A stretch of 64,000 nucleotides of DNA from assembly GCA_964016885.1 (NCBI GenBank), contig OZ024751.1:36890001-36954000 (forward strand), in the 5' to 3' direction. Positions 43,638 to 58,922 of the stretch are shown one piece after another (position 1 is the first letter of the stretch; the number at the start of each line of letters is the position of its first letter). Both the position numbers and the translations under genes were made by a program. This DNA is from Eledone cirrhosa (taxonomy: Eukaryota). A model generated the notes under the pieces. The model saw only the letters and a list, made by a program, of their open reading frames with translations, was not told the DNA's origin and did not search any database.

Positions 43638-44487
43638 TGTATGTATATGTATGTATATATTGATACGATTTAAAACCAAGCACCAATGCACTCAGCTATA
43701 CAATACGAATAAATGAAATATATGCTATGAAATATGTAAATCATTGTATAAGCACTTAATCATTACGGATAGATTATCATGAAGAATTCCATTATTGCAA
43801 GCGACTCTTTATCTGAATGTCTCATCTCTATCGTGTAGTATATATTGACAGCAAGCATGGAACATAGCCTAGATATTTCACATATCACTATGAATAAATT
43901 GCTTGGGAATATTATGAGAATAATGATTTCTACTATAAGTACAAGGACAGCAATTTCATGAGGAGGAGAAAGACGATTAAATCGACCCCAGTGTGTTACT
44001 GGGTTTGTTAATTTAGGTGTAACAAATTTTATACAATTAGTTGTATTAGCGTGTGCCTACATTTTGTTGTATGTGTGTGTATGTGTGTGTATGTATGTAG
44101 ATTTATATGTGAGATAAATTGTCAATATATAGGTGCATGTGCGAGTTCATGAGTGTCAATATATGTGTGTTTGTGAATTTATAAGTTTGTGAAAGTGTAT
44201 AACACAACACTACAAACAGCAATACCTTAGAAACCTTTACAATTGTTTCACTGTATGGTACGAGGAGTTTTCTTATTTAGAAGTCTTCTTTGGGGAGACT
44301 GTGTATTTTCCGAATTTGTATATTTCCTGAACATTAAAGGATATCTTTATAAATTAAGCATTTCTAAACACGTTTAATATAAGGAAAGAATGTGAGTTAA
44401 TATAGGTGAAATAAGAAATAGATAGATAGAGAGGCATATAAATATACACCACACACACACACGCACACATATACACACACACAGTCG

Positions 44488-44524
<37 letters not shown>

Positions 44525-44648
44525 ATATATATAGTAATAATAATAAATGTGAAGACTAAAATTCAAAGAGGCTCGATAAGGATAAATATATATCAAATAT
44601 ATAAGAACCCTAGAGCAAATATATTTTAATATATATATATATATACTG

Positions 44649-44739
<91 letters not shown>

Positions 44740-45408
44740 ACTATATGTGTGTATGTTTACACAGGTAGATCTGTCGATAAAAAGTGCATAGACAGATAGA
44801 TAGACAAACAGATAGACATATACTAATACAATGCTGTCTTCAAATATTCAGATGTTTGAAGAACACCTTAAGATGTTACCATTTTGAAGAAATACGAAAA
44901 TAAATAAACAAAACAAAAGTAACAACAACATCAACAACGGCAACAACGACACCATCATCACAAAAATAAACAAAAAAAAACATGTTAATTGCTGTCTAAT
45001 TTAATAAAACAGCATAAAAACACCGCCATAAGTTTGCTTGTTTATCGAAGATCACACGTGATACTGGAGGATAAAATCTTTTCAGCTAACTTTGCATTTA
45101 AAGAAAATGCCCGACACACATACACGCACAGGAACAAACACACACGCAAACAAACACACACACATACTCTTCCACCACATCCCCTACACACTCAGAAAAA
45201 AAAAAAAAATAACCCTACTGCTTGTTATCTACATGAATGCTCCGAGGTGATTTTTCGTTAAGTTTGCTAAAAGTAAGTTAATAGGAGAAATCCGACATAT
45301 TTTCCTAATAATTTCACCGCCATTTTTTGACAATTACTGTATTGAAAATGACTAAGCAAGAATTGCTACTTATTTTTTATTATATATGTATGTATGTGTA
45401 TGTTTGTA

Positions 45409-45463
<55 letters not shown>

Positions 45464-45680
45464 ATTAATTACTAGTTTTTTTACAATTTCTCTCCCTCTT
45501 TCTCTCACTTTCCTTCTCCTCGGGTCAACAATATTTTCTCTGTAATTAAGAGTGCATGTAAACCTAGTTTTCTGTAGACTTGTAGACATACATATATATA
45601 TGCCTTCACACATACACACATACACATACACACCTATACACACACATACCAGTAAGATCAAACTGCTTTTAAAGCATGCA

Positions 45681-46445
45681 TAGTGTAGTGTAGTGTAGTG
45701 TAGTGTAGTGTAGTGTAATGTAGTGTAGTGTAGTGTAGTGTAGTGTATGTAGTGTAGTGTAGTGTAGTGTAGCGTAGAGTAGTGTAGTGTAGTGTAGTAT
45801 TGTGTAGTGTAGTGTTGTGTAGTGTAGTGTAGTGTAGTGTAGTGTTGTGTTGTGTAGTGTAGTGTAGTGTAGTGTAGTGTAGTGTAGTGTCGTGTCGTGT
45901 AGTTTAGTATAGTGTAGTGGAGTGTAGTGTAGTGTAGTGTAATGTAGTGTAGTGTAGTGTAGTGTGGTGTGGTGTAGTGTAGTGTAGTGTCGTGTCGTGT
46001 CGTGTAGTTTAGTATAGTGTAGTGGAGTGGAGTGTAGTGTAGTGTAGTGTAATGTAGTGTAGTGTAGTATAGTGAAGTGTGGTGTAGTGTAGTGTAGTGT
46101 AGTATAGTGTAGTGTTGTGTAGTATAGTTTAGTGTAGTGTGGTGTAGTGTAGTGTAGTGCGGTGTAGTGTAGAGTAGAGTGGTGTAATGTAGCGTAGTGT
46201 GGTGTAGTTTAGTGTGTTGTAGTGTAGTGTAGTGTAGTGTAGTGTAGTGTAGTGTAGTGTAGTGTAGTGTCGTGTAGTTTAGTTTAGTGTAGTGTAGTGT
46301 AGTGTAGTGTAGTGTAATGTAGTGTAGAATAGAGTAGTGTAATATAGTGCAGTGTGGTATAATGCTGTGTACTGTAGTGTAGTCTAATTTAATGTAGTTT
46401 AGTGAATTATAGTGGAGTGTCATGTAATGTAGTGTAGTGCAGTTT
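45681..46445 (+). repeat. (TAGTG)n pentanucleotide satellite, ~760 bp
   Basis: Tandem tagtg with variants. It explains the 320-aa HYTTL ORF. Confidence 0.95.
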
Positions 46446-47203
46446 AGTTTCAGCGTACAACAACAGCGACAACAACAAATAAACTACAACCAATAAACTA
46501 CAACAACAACGACAACAACGACTGCAACGACGACTCCAGGGATACCGATACCGACAAACGAGGATAGCAACACGACGAAGAATGACAATTATAACTGTAT
46601 AGATATTTGTAAAGTTATCTATCTATTTATTTATCTCTTTATTTACCTCTATTCTATCCATAAACCTCTTCCATTTTAGTTCTTTTCTGTTTCCATTCCG
46701 TTCTCTGTTGTAAATAGAGCGAATGTGGCATTGTCAATTAATTAAACATCGCAACAACAAGAATGGTCAACTCACGTATCAAACCACGTCTACCCCCCCC
46801 CCCCCCTGTCTATCTCTCTCTTTCTCTGGCCACAGAAACAAAACTAAACCCGAAGGACACTGCTAACCCCTGACGTAAACGCTAGCCAACAGATGGACAC
46901 ATTTTTGTGGCCCTATTACCATCATATTCTTGATAATCAATGAAAGCTCCGGCGGTCATTTTGTCCGACATGGTCATCAACAATAACATGATGGCTACTT
47001 ATCCTAATTGATATCAAATTTCCAAGTGACTGGACATTCTCACCTCAAGGCCAAACGAATGTCCAGCACACCTGGTGTTTCTTCCGTTCGAATCATCATT
47101 GACACAATCCCAGGGGCTAGACAGCATAAGACTGCAATACAATAGCCAATTATATATATATATGCATGTATATATATTCATATATATATACATATATATA
47201 TAT

Positions 47204-47313
<110 letters not shown>

Positions 47314-47357
47314 CATTGTTGTGTTGTGTTGTATATCAATACTACTACTACTAGTAA

Positions 47358-47409
<52 letters not shown>

Positions 47410-47427
47410 GCTGCTTTAGTAGAACAA

Positions 47428-47512
<85 letters not shown>

Positions 47513-47679
47513 GTGAGGGAGATAAAGATATAGTTAGCTAGATGGATAGATATGTAGTTAAGTAGGTAGAGAAAGAGAGAGAGAGAGTGAGAGTAGATAG
47601 GCATGCGAAAGGATGTCTACCAAGATATATAGATAGCTATGGAGATAAACGTATATCGAGATAGATGAAATCCCTTCGC

Positions 47680-48012
47680 TGATAGGGTCGTGTGGATTGG
47701 CAGTATCGGTAGAGGGTCGGACGCCATGATAGGGCGGTGGATTGGCAGTATCGGTAGAGGGTCGGACGCCATGATAGGGCGGTGGATTGGCAGTATCGGT
47801 AGAGGGTCGGACGCCATGTTAGGGCGGTGGATTGGCAGTATCGGTAGAGGGTCGGACGCCATGCTTTCCAACATAGTTACGTCCCTTTACGATCTGAGTT
47901 CAAATCCCGCCGAGGTTGACTTTGCCTTCCATCCTTACGGGTGTCGATAAAATAAAGTACCAGTAATACACTGGGATAATTGCTGGCCTTGTGCCTAAAG
48001 TAGAAACAATTA
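47680..48012 (+). mobile_element. SINE family A with 45-bp head amplified four times
   Basis: atagggcggtggattggcagtatcggtagagggtcggacgccatg occurs four times, followed by a single B box and body. Confidence 0.9.
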
Positions 48013-48307
48013 ATGTCATCTAAGTAACCTTCGCTTCCAGCCATTATACCTGTCATCCTCTCGTGGGGGGTGTCAGCCGGATTCATTGTCAAGTTTGGGG
48101 GGTCAAACAAATTGAACGTTGACATCAATATATGCAATGGGAAATATAGTATGTTGCAATGTGTTGGTGGCATAGAAGGAGAAGGAGGAAAGGTGAAAGA
48201 GAAATAGGGAGAGGAAGAGTTTGATAGCAGTATTCGTAGGAGATATATATAGAGATAGATAGGTGATTCCAGAGAGATCCTTGAACACTGAGAGAGAGGA
48301 GGGGGGG

Positions 48308-48346
<39 letters not shown>

Positions 48347-48613
48347 GGAGGAGGAGGAGGAGGAGGAGGAGGAGGAGGAGGAGAAAGAGAATGATGGTGA
48401 AGAAGGAGGAGATGGAGGAGAATGAGAAAAAAGGGGAAAGAGAAGGGAGATGAGGTGAAGGACAAGGAGATGGAGATGGAAAAGTTGAGAGAGAGAAGGA
48501 GCAAAAAAAAAAAGAGCAAGAGGGGGAGAGGCTGGAGGAGAAAGAGAAGACGATGAAAAAGGAAGAGAAAGAAAGGCTGAATGAGATGGAAAAGAAGATG
48601 AGACTGAGGATGA

Positions 48614-48655
<42 letters not shown>

Positions 48656-48712
48656 GATATTATGGAATACTGTTGGCTTCTTGCTACAATAGTTTCTATA
48701 CCTTTCATTTAT

Positions 48713-48852
<140 letters not shown>

Positions 48853-48905
48853 ATGTAGATGTCTAGAGATAGAAACAACAGATTCAGAAATGAATAAGCT
48901 AGTAG

Positions 48906-48964
<59 letters not shown>

Positions 48965-49503
48965 GATTGATTTGATTCATTCATTGATAGTTTAATAGAT
49001 AGATATATAGATTTTTAGATAGCTAATTAGACAGATCGGCAGACAGATAGATAAATAGATAGATAGATAAATTGATAGATAGATAAATTAATAGATAGAT
49101 AAATTGATAGATAGATTAATAGATAGATAAATTGATAGATAGATTAATAGATAGATAGATAAATTGATAGATTAATAGATAGATATTTAAGCACATGGGC
49201 AGTTGGATAGACAATTGGGAAATAGAAATAAGGCAAAAATCAATAGATGAGAATAAAAATAAAACATGATTACCAAAAATAAAAGCATAGAAATTCAGGT
49301 AAAACATCCCAATGGTGAGAATTTGAACGATGCGGAGTTCGATTCTCTGTACCGACTGGTGTACCATGTCGTCTGTCTCCAGATATATTTAAACCAACAT
49401 TATAAACAATTTTTTAATAGTAATCGACTTTAGTAACAATAATTTCTGTGTTTGGGATTCCTACATTTTCAAAACTACCTACCCTGCCGATAATTAATAA
49501 GAA

Positions 49504-49552
<49 letters not shown>

Positions 49553-49672
49553 ACCCTGTGATAAACAGGCGGAACTCCAGAGTAACAAGTCTCATTATTT
49601 AGCCTTGATAAAATGAATATTTAAACTCTACTTCGATATTTAGAACTCTTTTCTCTCATTCGTCAATGACAT

Positions 49673-49728
<56 letters not shown>

Positions 49729-50183
49729 TTGTGTGAGAGAGTACGTGTACGTTCGTGTGCATGTGTATGTGTGTACGTGTACATGCGTGTGTGTAACTAT
49801 AGATATCGAAATTGAATACGCTTATTTCTCTCCTTGGTAGATCTTAATGTAATTTTTCCTGTAGTTTTCGTGTATATTTACTCTTCCCCCAGTTTTGTGG
49901 TTCTTTCAATGGCTTAAAAGGAAATCCATGGATACACTGTGTGTCCTTTTTTTGAAAACCCTTACTGATCCTATTTCCTTCCAGGCAATTTCCTGTCTTT
50001 CCCCTTCATTAAAGAACTCTCACAAAAGAAGACATTAAAGAAACATATGAAATAAGACCTCTCATCTTCAGTTTCATGTCTCTTAAAGACATAAACCTTA
50101 TACTCCTTTCTTCTTTGGATTCTGATATATATATATATATATATATCAACTCGTGTCTCACTCTTCTACATTCTTTCTTTCTC

Positions 50184-50236
<53 letters not shown>

Positions 50237-50410
50237 AAATCCAAAGAAGAAAGCAGTATAAGGTTTATGTCTTTAAGAGAAATGGAACTGAAGATGGGAG
50301 TAATAGCAATATATGTACATCTGGAAGAAGAAGAAGAAGAAGAAGAAGAAGAAGAAGAAGAAGAAGAAGAAGAAGAAGAAGAAGAAGAAGAAGAAGAAGA
50401 AATATGAGAC

Positions 50411-50470
<60 letters not shown>

Positions 50471-50526
50471 GATCCACATGTACATATATACTACAATTAC
50501 TATCACAAAAATCTCTCATCTTTAAA

Positions 50527-50695
50527 TAATTGTTTCTCCTTTTGGCACAAGGCCAGCAATTACCCAGTACATGATTTCTAGTATAGGCACGTTACTGATG
50601 CTTTATTTTATCGACCCCGTAAAGATGAAAGGCAAAGACAACCTCGGCGGATTTGAACTCAGAACGCAAAGGGCCGTAACTATGCTGCAAAGCAT
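50527..50695 (-). mobile_element. SINE family A
   Basis: tttggcacaaggccagcaattacccag..ttttatcgaccccgtaaagatgaaaggcaaag..ggatttgaactcagaacg. Confidence 0.85.
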
Positions 50696-51249
50696 GAGGA
50701 AACGATAATTTTAATTTCCGCCTACTATTCTCTGTATTGATAATATTTGATGAGTCAGTTAACTTGGTTGACTAGCATCTCCATCAACTTTTTAACTTAC
50801 ATTTCAAAAGAAAAAAGTACATTTATACCGAAAGAAGACTTAAAAATAACAGAGAAAAATAAAATTTTAAAAGAAGCGATAAATAAATTTAATGAGCTAA
50901 GCAAAATTGGAAATATACAACACAAAAATATATATAAGAATAAATGACCAAAAAAGATTTTTTTTTTTTTTTCAAAATTTTAAAGAAAAAGTGCTTTCCT
51001 GCATTTTTCAAGAAAAAAAAATTGAGTAGATTCTCCAAACACTTCGTTCTTTATCTATATATCTATTTATTAATATATTTATAACTTTCTGCAATTTGGG
51101 AAGTGTCAGTATTTTTATTTTTATTTTATTTTATTTTCACTCTTTATCATTTTAAAATTAGCACCGCCATTATGTGACTAAGGTTCACACGATATTTGGC
51201 GTGTTGTTAGAAGGATTGTTAGTAATGTAATTATTATTATTATAGCACT

Positions 51250-51720
51250 GGGTTGGCAGTACCTTAAGAGGTCGGTCAAAATACGTTTTATCATTTGTTA
51301 ACACTTTCCACATTTTATGTTCGAATCAACTTTGCTTTTCATCTTTTGGACGTCAATAAAATAACATACCAGTCAAGTACTGAGGTTCACTATTCGTCAT
51401 TCCCCCTGAAATTGTTGCAGTTGTTCCAAAATTAGAATTTACCTTTATTAGATCTATACATTCGGTGATCAAATCTCGTGAAAGTTAAATTTATCATTTA
51501 TCCTTTTTGGTGGTTGGTTCGATAATATAGACTGCCCTTGAGTTTACCCTCTTTTTATCGAATTTATCCTCCAGTGAAATTGTTGACAGTGTCTATGTTG
51601 GAAGTCGTTATTTTATTAATATATTTGGTCTAACTCCTTACTTTCTGAAGTCAGCTTGTCATCTTTCCAAGGTCGTTAACATAAAGTACCAGTCGTGTAC
51701 TTGGTTTGGTATCATCGACT
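51250..51720 (+). mobile_element. Cluster of decayed SINE family A copies
   Basis: ggttggcagtacc..caactttgcttttcatc..taccagtcaagtactgagg, with further fragments to ~51720. Confidence 0.55.
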
Positions 51721-52052
51721 TTACTTAATATAAATTCGCTGATTATTGCATAGACCTTGTTGTTGCTATTGTTGTAATGTAATGTTAGTAAGAATGTTGG
51801 TTTTGTTGTGGTTGTTTTTGGTGGTGGCGTTGGTGGTGATGATGCTGGTGGTGGTGATGGTGCTGGTGATGATGATGATGGTGGTGGTGATGTTATCACG
51901 TTGTTGATAACATTAGATACTTTGTTGATATTCTTGTAATGTTGTAATATTGATGATAACATTAATTTTGGTGTTGTTGTCGATGTTACTGGGGTGGGAG
52001 TCAGCATGACTTATGACCACTGAAGAAAGGAAAGTAACTGTTTTCTTTTGTA

Positions 52053-52107
<55 letters not shown>

Positions 52108-52379
52108 GTCTGGGTCAGTAAAGCCGGGAGGGTGAGTTGGGGAGCAGTTAGCTTTGGTGATAGTTTTGATTCTACAGACATTGTTATAGCTTTCTATTAT
52201 TTTTCTTATTGTTGGGGTCACGTGCTATGGGTGTTATTATTTCAGTTTCACTGTTTATGTCAATTGTTTTGGGTTTTTTGTGTGTATTTGTGGTGGTCGT
52301 AATTATAATGATTTATAATAGCGACAGTTATATCGTTGTTGTTGTTCTTCTTCTTTTTCTTGCTGTCCTTATTGTGATG

Positions 52380-52447
<68 letters not shown>

Positions 52448-52570
52448 AGTAATGGTGGTGAATCATAGTGTTGTTGTTATTAGTGTTAATGTCTCGTGTG
52501 TTAGGGGCGTGTTGATGGTGTTTTGATACTGACAAGCTGATGGTGCTAGAAATTTGCATTTTCAGATGAT

Positions 52571-52606
<36 letters not shown>

Positions 52607-52714
52607 TACATTCCTACATTCACACATATATAGTCTTTATGGTGTCATGATGGTGATAATTTGCATTTACATATACACAAAACACACCTACCTAAACTCA
52701 TACACACACACTTT

Positions 52715-52811
<97 letters not shown>

Positions 52812-53460
52812 GTGTGTGCGTGTGTGTGTGCGTGTGTGCGTGTGTGCGTGTGTGTGTGACTCTATGTATATCGAGGTTGTAGCCGCCACATACCAGATAC
52901 CAATCGAATTTATATATATATACATACATACATACATACATAGTTTTTTCATGGTAAAAAGAAATAAGGAAACACGTGTAAAACAACAACACAATCCTGC
53001 ATACATGACAACCCCTAAAAACTGAACATAAGAATAAAAACAGTAAAAAAAAAAATATTAAACAAAAAAGCAACAAAGACAAATCGAATGAAAAGTGAGA
53101 AAAAGACGTAAAGAATGAATGACGCCACGCATCAAAGGAAATAATTGATGTTGTAACTGGCGTGAACTTAGGAAATAATGATTAGTTTTAGTGAGATTGA
53201 GAGAAGCCGGCAAGAAACTGTCCTTTTTTGAAGTAATTCCCCACAGACACCTTCTACCATTGTTTTATTGGGCTGTAATAGATCTCTCGCACCTAAACAT
53301 CTCATCAACACTTATTATATACATAGGTATATATTATACGGGTATATGTATGTATATACACATATATATATATATATACATACATACATATATATACACA
53401 TATATATATATATATATATATGTGTGTGTATGTATATATATATATATGTGTGTGTGTGTA

Positions 53461-53758
<298 letters not shown>

Positions 53759-54024
53759 ATATATCAACATCTGCGCGCACAGGCGTATATATACACAAAT
53801 AAATAATCAAATACACACGCATATAGTCAGACACACAAACATTCCCCTCGCCACCCCACAAACAAACACACACCGTGTGATGGAGGTGATGAAGATTTTT
53901 CAAATTTTGACGAAGCGCCCAAACCATGACAGCGCAAAACCGTATGTAAAACGAGATTTGTTATATATGTATATATATAGTGACGAAACATAAGTCAATT
54001 GCATGAACTGATAATCCTTTATTT

Positions 54025-54080
54025 ACTGCTATATATATTTCGATGATAGCCATTGAATGGCTATGACCTCATCAGGCAGT
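54025..54080 (-). ncRNA. Type-I hammerhead ribozyme
   Basis: Minus strand reads actgc-CTGATGA-ggtcatagccattcaatggctatcatc-GAAA-tatata-TA-gcagt, followed by AATAAA. Helix I is a perfect 5 bp, helix II about 11 bp, and helix III is the palindrome atatatat. The insert (53980-54150) is bounded by TA runs. Confidence 0.85.
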
Positions 54081-54990
54081 TAGTCAGTTCTTAGATATGC
54101 CAGCTCTGTGTTTTTGGTGTTGATGGTATCAGAGCCTTGGGACATAATTTATATATATGTATATGTATGTACACACACACACACACATATATATATATAT
54201 TTTGAACATAACCCAACCACCAACATAAAAACATATAAATTAAAACTAAACTTAAACTAACAGAGAGGACAAGCCATATAAAATACAGAATGCCCTGTTA
54301 TAAAAACATATAGCGTGCACCCATAAAAAAATAACACCCGCTCTAACCTAAACCAAACCAGTGACTAAAACCGCTACTTAAAAATCGTAACTTGTTCACC
54401 ATTCTACACGGCCATCGGCAGCCTAATAACTACAACCCAAATCAAATACTTCATACATAACTAATAACATCCAACATTTACTACAAATAATTATCCCCAA
54501 ACCTAACTGAAATCAAAACACATTACAATGTAATAAAATGGTTTCTAATGTTGTTACAATGCCAGCAAGATTGTAATGGAGGAAAGTAAGTTGGTATAAT
54601 CAACTTTTGTATGTGACTGGTACTGTCTTTTTTCGACCCCGTAAGGGTAACAGAAAAACATTGAGCTCGAAGTGATTGTAAACCAGAAGCTAAAAACGCA
54701 GAAAAAAAGCCCGCAAATATCTTCTTTCCATGTTTAACGTTTTCACCACCATTTTACGACCCTTACTTCAACACAATAAAATAGAACAAAAACTAATAGA
54801 AACCGTGTTTGATTCGATAACTTGCACGTCAGTCAACAACTTCATATTTCAATGGGATCTTGGTAAACAAAGATGCCACAAATAGGTTAATCCAACTACG
54901 AACGTGAACTGACGTCTCAGTCAAGTTCGTCTCTTGTCTGTCTGTCTTTCTCTCTCTCCCCCCTCTCTCTCTCATATATATATATATATA

Positions 54991-55169
54991 TAGGAACGAG
55001 TAGGACCCCGACGGCTGAGCTCAAGCCGTTTCGACGGCTAATTCTGGACTAGTCCAGAATTAGCCGTCGAAACGGGGTCCTACTCGATCCTATTACCCAC
55101 TCTATTACCCTAAGTATTGAGTACTTTGGTGCGTTATGATCGACCTGGTTCCTTACCACATTTCCTTCG

Positions 55170-55172
<3 letters not shown>
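54991..55172. mobile_element. (TA)n-embedded element, copy 2 of 3, with 50-bp perfect palindrome and 80-nt tail
   Basis: Palindrome 55026-55075, outer arms taggaacgagtaggacccc and ggggtcctactcgatccta, tail 55093-55172. The minus strand has gtc-GAAA-cggcttgagctcagccg-TC-ggggtcc (hammerhead 3' half, GUC site). Confidence 0.8.
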
Positions 55173-55248
<76 letters not shown>

Positions 55249-55904
55249 ATATATGATATATAAATACAATATATATATATATAAATATGTGTGTGTGGTT
55301 TGTACGTGAATGTGAGGTTAACAACGACACAAATCTTAGAGTCAGTTTCTGTCGTTCAAACTTCTCGTCATAACTACAACTCTTGGTCACTACAGCCAAA
55401 ATCTTTGAAATTATCCTTCCGGTAGGTTCTTCCAATATCTGTCTCTTTATGCCGATCCCCGGAGACAAATTCATAAATCTGAGAAATTTCATTTTTTTTT
55501 CCAATATCCAATACACATTATCCAAACTGTTAAATGTATTATCTCCAAGGCGTCTTATGAGGAAATTAGTAATTTTTATAAATATTTCTAATCTTAATCA
55601 GTGAAAAGTAGCAAATATTGGAATGTCAAATCAATCACGGAGGATGAAGTAATTATTTTTCATCTGATAATGTTCCAGCCAATAGCATCTTTAAACGTCC
55701 ATTATGAAAGTTTTAAGAGTGGCGGCCATTTATATCTCCTTTCCTCTCTCTGTTTTATTATAAGTACATTGTAAGACCAGTTTTATCTGCGGACAGCGTC
55801 TTATCCCTTGAAGGCGATCACGATGTTTAGTCAATTTCCTGTCTTCCAGTTGATATTACGAAGACCTGATCATTTCAATGATGCCAACATCCCGTCTCAC
55901 GGCC

Positions 55905-55978
<74 letters not shown>

Positions 55979-56236
55979 CAACATTGACAATCTTGTACTT
56001 GAAGATTTTCTCTAGTGGTCTGATTGGATACAGACGTAAGTGCACTCGCACACATGAACAGAGAGGCATACATACATAGACAGTGACATACACATATAGA
56101 CATGCACACACTCACATAAGCTCCTACACTGACATACTCACACATGTATAGACACAGAATCACAGAGAAACTGCTCCCAAATATACCCCACACCGAGCCA
56201 CTCACTCTCTTTCACTTATACACAGAAACACTCTCT

Positions 56237-56287
<51 letters not shown>

Positions 56288-56329
56288 TGACTCCCACACA
56301 GACATATATGACGTCTATAATATTGAATA

Positions 56330-56782
56330 ATGGTTTCTGATTTAGGCACAAGTCTAACAATCTAGAGGGAGAGGAAAGTTGATTATCAACCCCAGTGCAC
56401 GACTGGTACTTCATTTAGGCACAAGTCCAGCAAAGCTGGTGTAGGGAAAAGTTGAATGGTACTTTATCTTATGGACACCAGAAATATAAAAAGCAAAGTT
56501 TACTTCAGCAAGATTTCAATATTTCCCAGTACTTAATAAACACACTTAATATGTAAACATATAAAAATTAATCCCCTTTTCACTCATTCATTTCTATCTT
56601 ACATTGTACTAACATTGTCTACCCTAAAATAATATTAACTGTATAACTTGAAATATTGTTTCTAATTTTGGTATAAGGCCAGCAATTACCCCAGTGTATT
56701 ACTGGTGCTTTATTTTATCGACCCCGTAAGGATCAAAGGCAAAGTTAACCTCGGCGGGATTTGAACTCAGACTGTAAAGGAA
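56330..56782 (-). mobile_element. SINE family A fragments (56330-56520) and copy (56655-56782)
   Basis: ggcacaagtc..aacccc agtgcacgactggtac and ttttatcgaccccgtaaggatcaaaggcaaagttaacctcggcgggatttgaactcag. Confidence 0.75.
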
Positions 56783-57593
56783 CTTGGGTCATAAATTGGG
56801 AACGAATCCCGAAAGGTGGAATTGCTGTTGATACGTGTGTCACTGAAATATACCGACTAGACAGGGTATAGAATCTGTCTCTCCAACTTCCTTTGTATTA
56901 TTTTCATTATTAAATCTTTTTTCTGTCTTTTTTTTTATTAAATTCTTTGAAATTATTTATCATTTATTTTCAATAATGATTTATTTCCGTACATAAAATG
57001 AAATAAAAACAAACTTTTAGTCCAATTTTAATGATTTATTCAAAGCCTATATAATCCATCGCGTGTCACTTCTGACACGGAGTGTCATATGTTCACAATT
57101 GCTGTAGTAGGGTTTAATAAATCCATGATTTTCTGACACTATATATAATTTGACCTTTGCATTTAATTAAAACACACTGAAATTGTTTTGACCTAACTCA
57201 GTGTTAGAAGGACCGTGGATAGATCTAGAAGAGTTATACAGTTTTATACAGTTGTTATCCACATACATACATCACATAAAGTTACCTATCGCCCAGAACC
57301 TCATATAAAACAATTTTTAACAGTTTCCTTGCCTTATTTCTAATGGAAGGCACTGGATAATATTTTCAATCATTTTGAAAATAATTAAGAGATTAAAGGG
57401 ACTGAGTCGGAACATAACTAAACAAAGATTCTTTTCTAAAACATTTGAACGGTCAACAGATGAAATGGGAATAAGTTTTGGAAAGCTTCAAGTATTGAAG
57501 AAACAATTCTCTAAATTATTCAAGGAAACACAGACATACACACACCCGAACATTAATCTACACACACATATTTACATTCAAACACATACTACG

Positions 57594-57637
<44 letters not shown>

Positions 57638-57702
57638 ATCAACATATCTGCATATGTGCCAATATGTATAATGTATAGATGTATATACGTATATATACAT
57701 AC

Positions 57703-57743
<41 letters not shown>

Positions 57744-57746
57744 CAT

Positions 57747-57870
57747 ATAACAAAGAAAGTGTGGTAAGAAACCAGGTGAGCCATAACGAACCAGAGTACT
57801 CGTGACTTAATTCGGATCTAGCTATCGAAACGGCCGGAGCTCAGCAGTCGGTGTCCTGACTCTTTCCCTA
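57747..57870. mobile_element. (TA)n-embedded element, copy 3 of 3
   Basis: ataacaaagaaagtgtggtaagaaaccaggtg..ttcggatctagctatc-GAAA-cggccggagctcagcag-TC-ggtgtcc..ttcccta(TA)n. Confidence 0.75.
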
Positions 57871-57880
57871 TATATATATA

Positions 57881-57977
<97 letters not shown>

Positions 57978-58007
57978 ACATTATACACATACTTAGCCTT
58001 AATAAAA

Positions 58008-58058
<51 letters not shown>

Positions 58059-58717
58059 TGAGGTGTGAGTGTTATATTTTATTTATTTATCCATTTATCC
58101 AAATGCCTTAAAACTGAGAACATTACAATGATACGCGGTATTAAATATTCTCGCTTTTAACATACATATGTGAAGTACATATTAACCGTGAAACATCTGC
58201 TCAATGTGGGAAGATGAGAACATTTTTCCCAAAGCTGATTCGTTAGATTTGACAGCAAGAATTTGCTGTTCAGGAACAGATTGGATACATGAAGTTCCGA
58301 AGACCAAATTTCATACATTTCTCCCCCTTTATACACTACCATAAACATGCTAGCATAGAGACATGTAAGTAATTGTCATACATCACATATTTTCTCCATA
58401 TTTCTCTCTGCCCTCTATTTAAAACTTTCTCTATCACTCTCTATATCTGGATATCTATCTATCTATATCTACCCCCCCCCGCCCCCTCTCTCTCTTCCCG
58501 CTCATATTTTATCTTCTCTCAGGCACACACAGATTTATACGTTACTAAACATTCAAATATAACTATAGGGTTTAGCCTATTTTGTCTGTAGCGAGTGAAT
58601 AAATGTCAACGATGGAGGAAAAATCTAGAAACAGCTGTCTGGCATTTTCATCCTTTCTGAGAGAGCTGTGACATGATCACTGTTTTTAAAATGGTAATAG
58701 CATGACTTTCGTATCTT

Positions 58718-58805
<88 letters not shown>

Positions 58806-58886
58806 GGTAAACAGAAATAATAACACAATCGGTACAGTATATGGAAGGGATATATTAGGTTAACGCTTGATGTAGCAGGAAGAGGG

Positions 58887-58922
58887 TCTTAACGTTTCGG
58901 ACGCTAGTCCTTCGTCAGAAGA
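58887..58922 (-). ncRNA. Ultra-minimal hammerhead motif (helix III reduced to aacgtt palindrome)
   Basis: Minus strand reads tctt-CTGACGA-a-ggac-tagc-gtcc-GAAA-cg-TT-aaga. The 3' flank runs to (CA)n(TA)n. Confidence 0.65.

Noticed and set aside
45461-46423. 320-aa HYTTL-repeat ORF
   Set aside because: It is the reading of the (TAGTG)n satellite on its stop-free strand.
47617-47950. 15-aa repeat ORFs and a CRISPR-like look of the 45-bp repeats
   Set aside because: These are tandem SINE heads without spacers, in a eukaryotic context.
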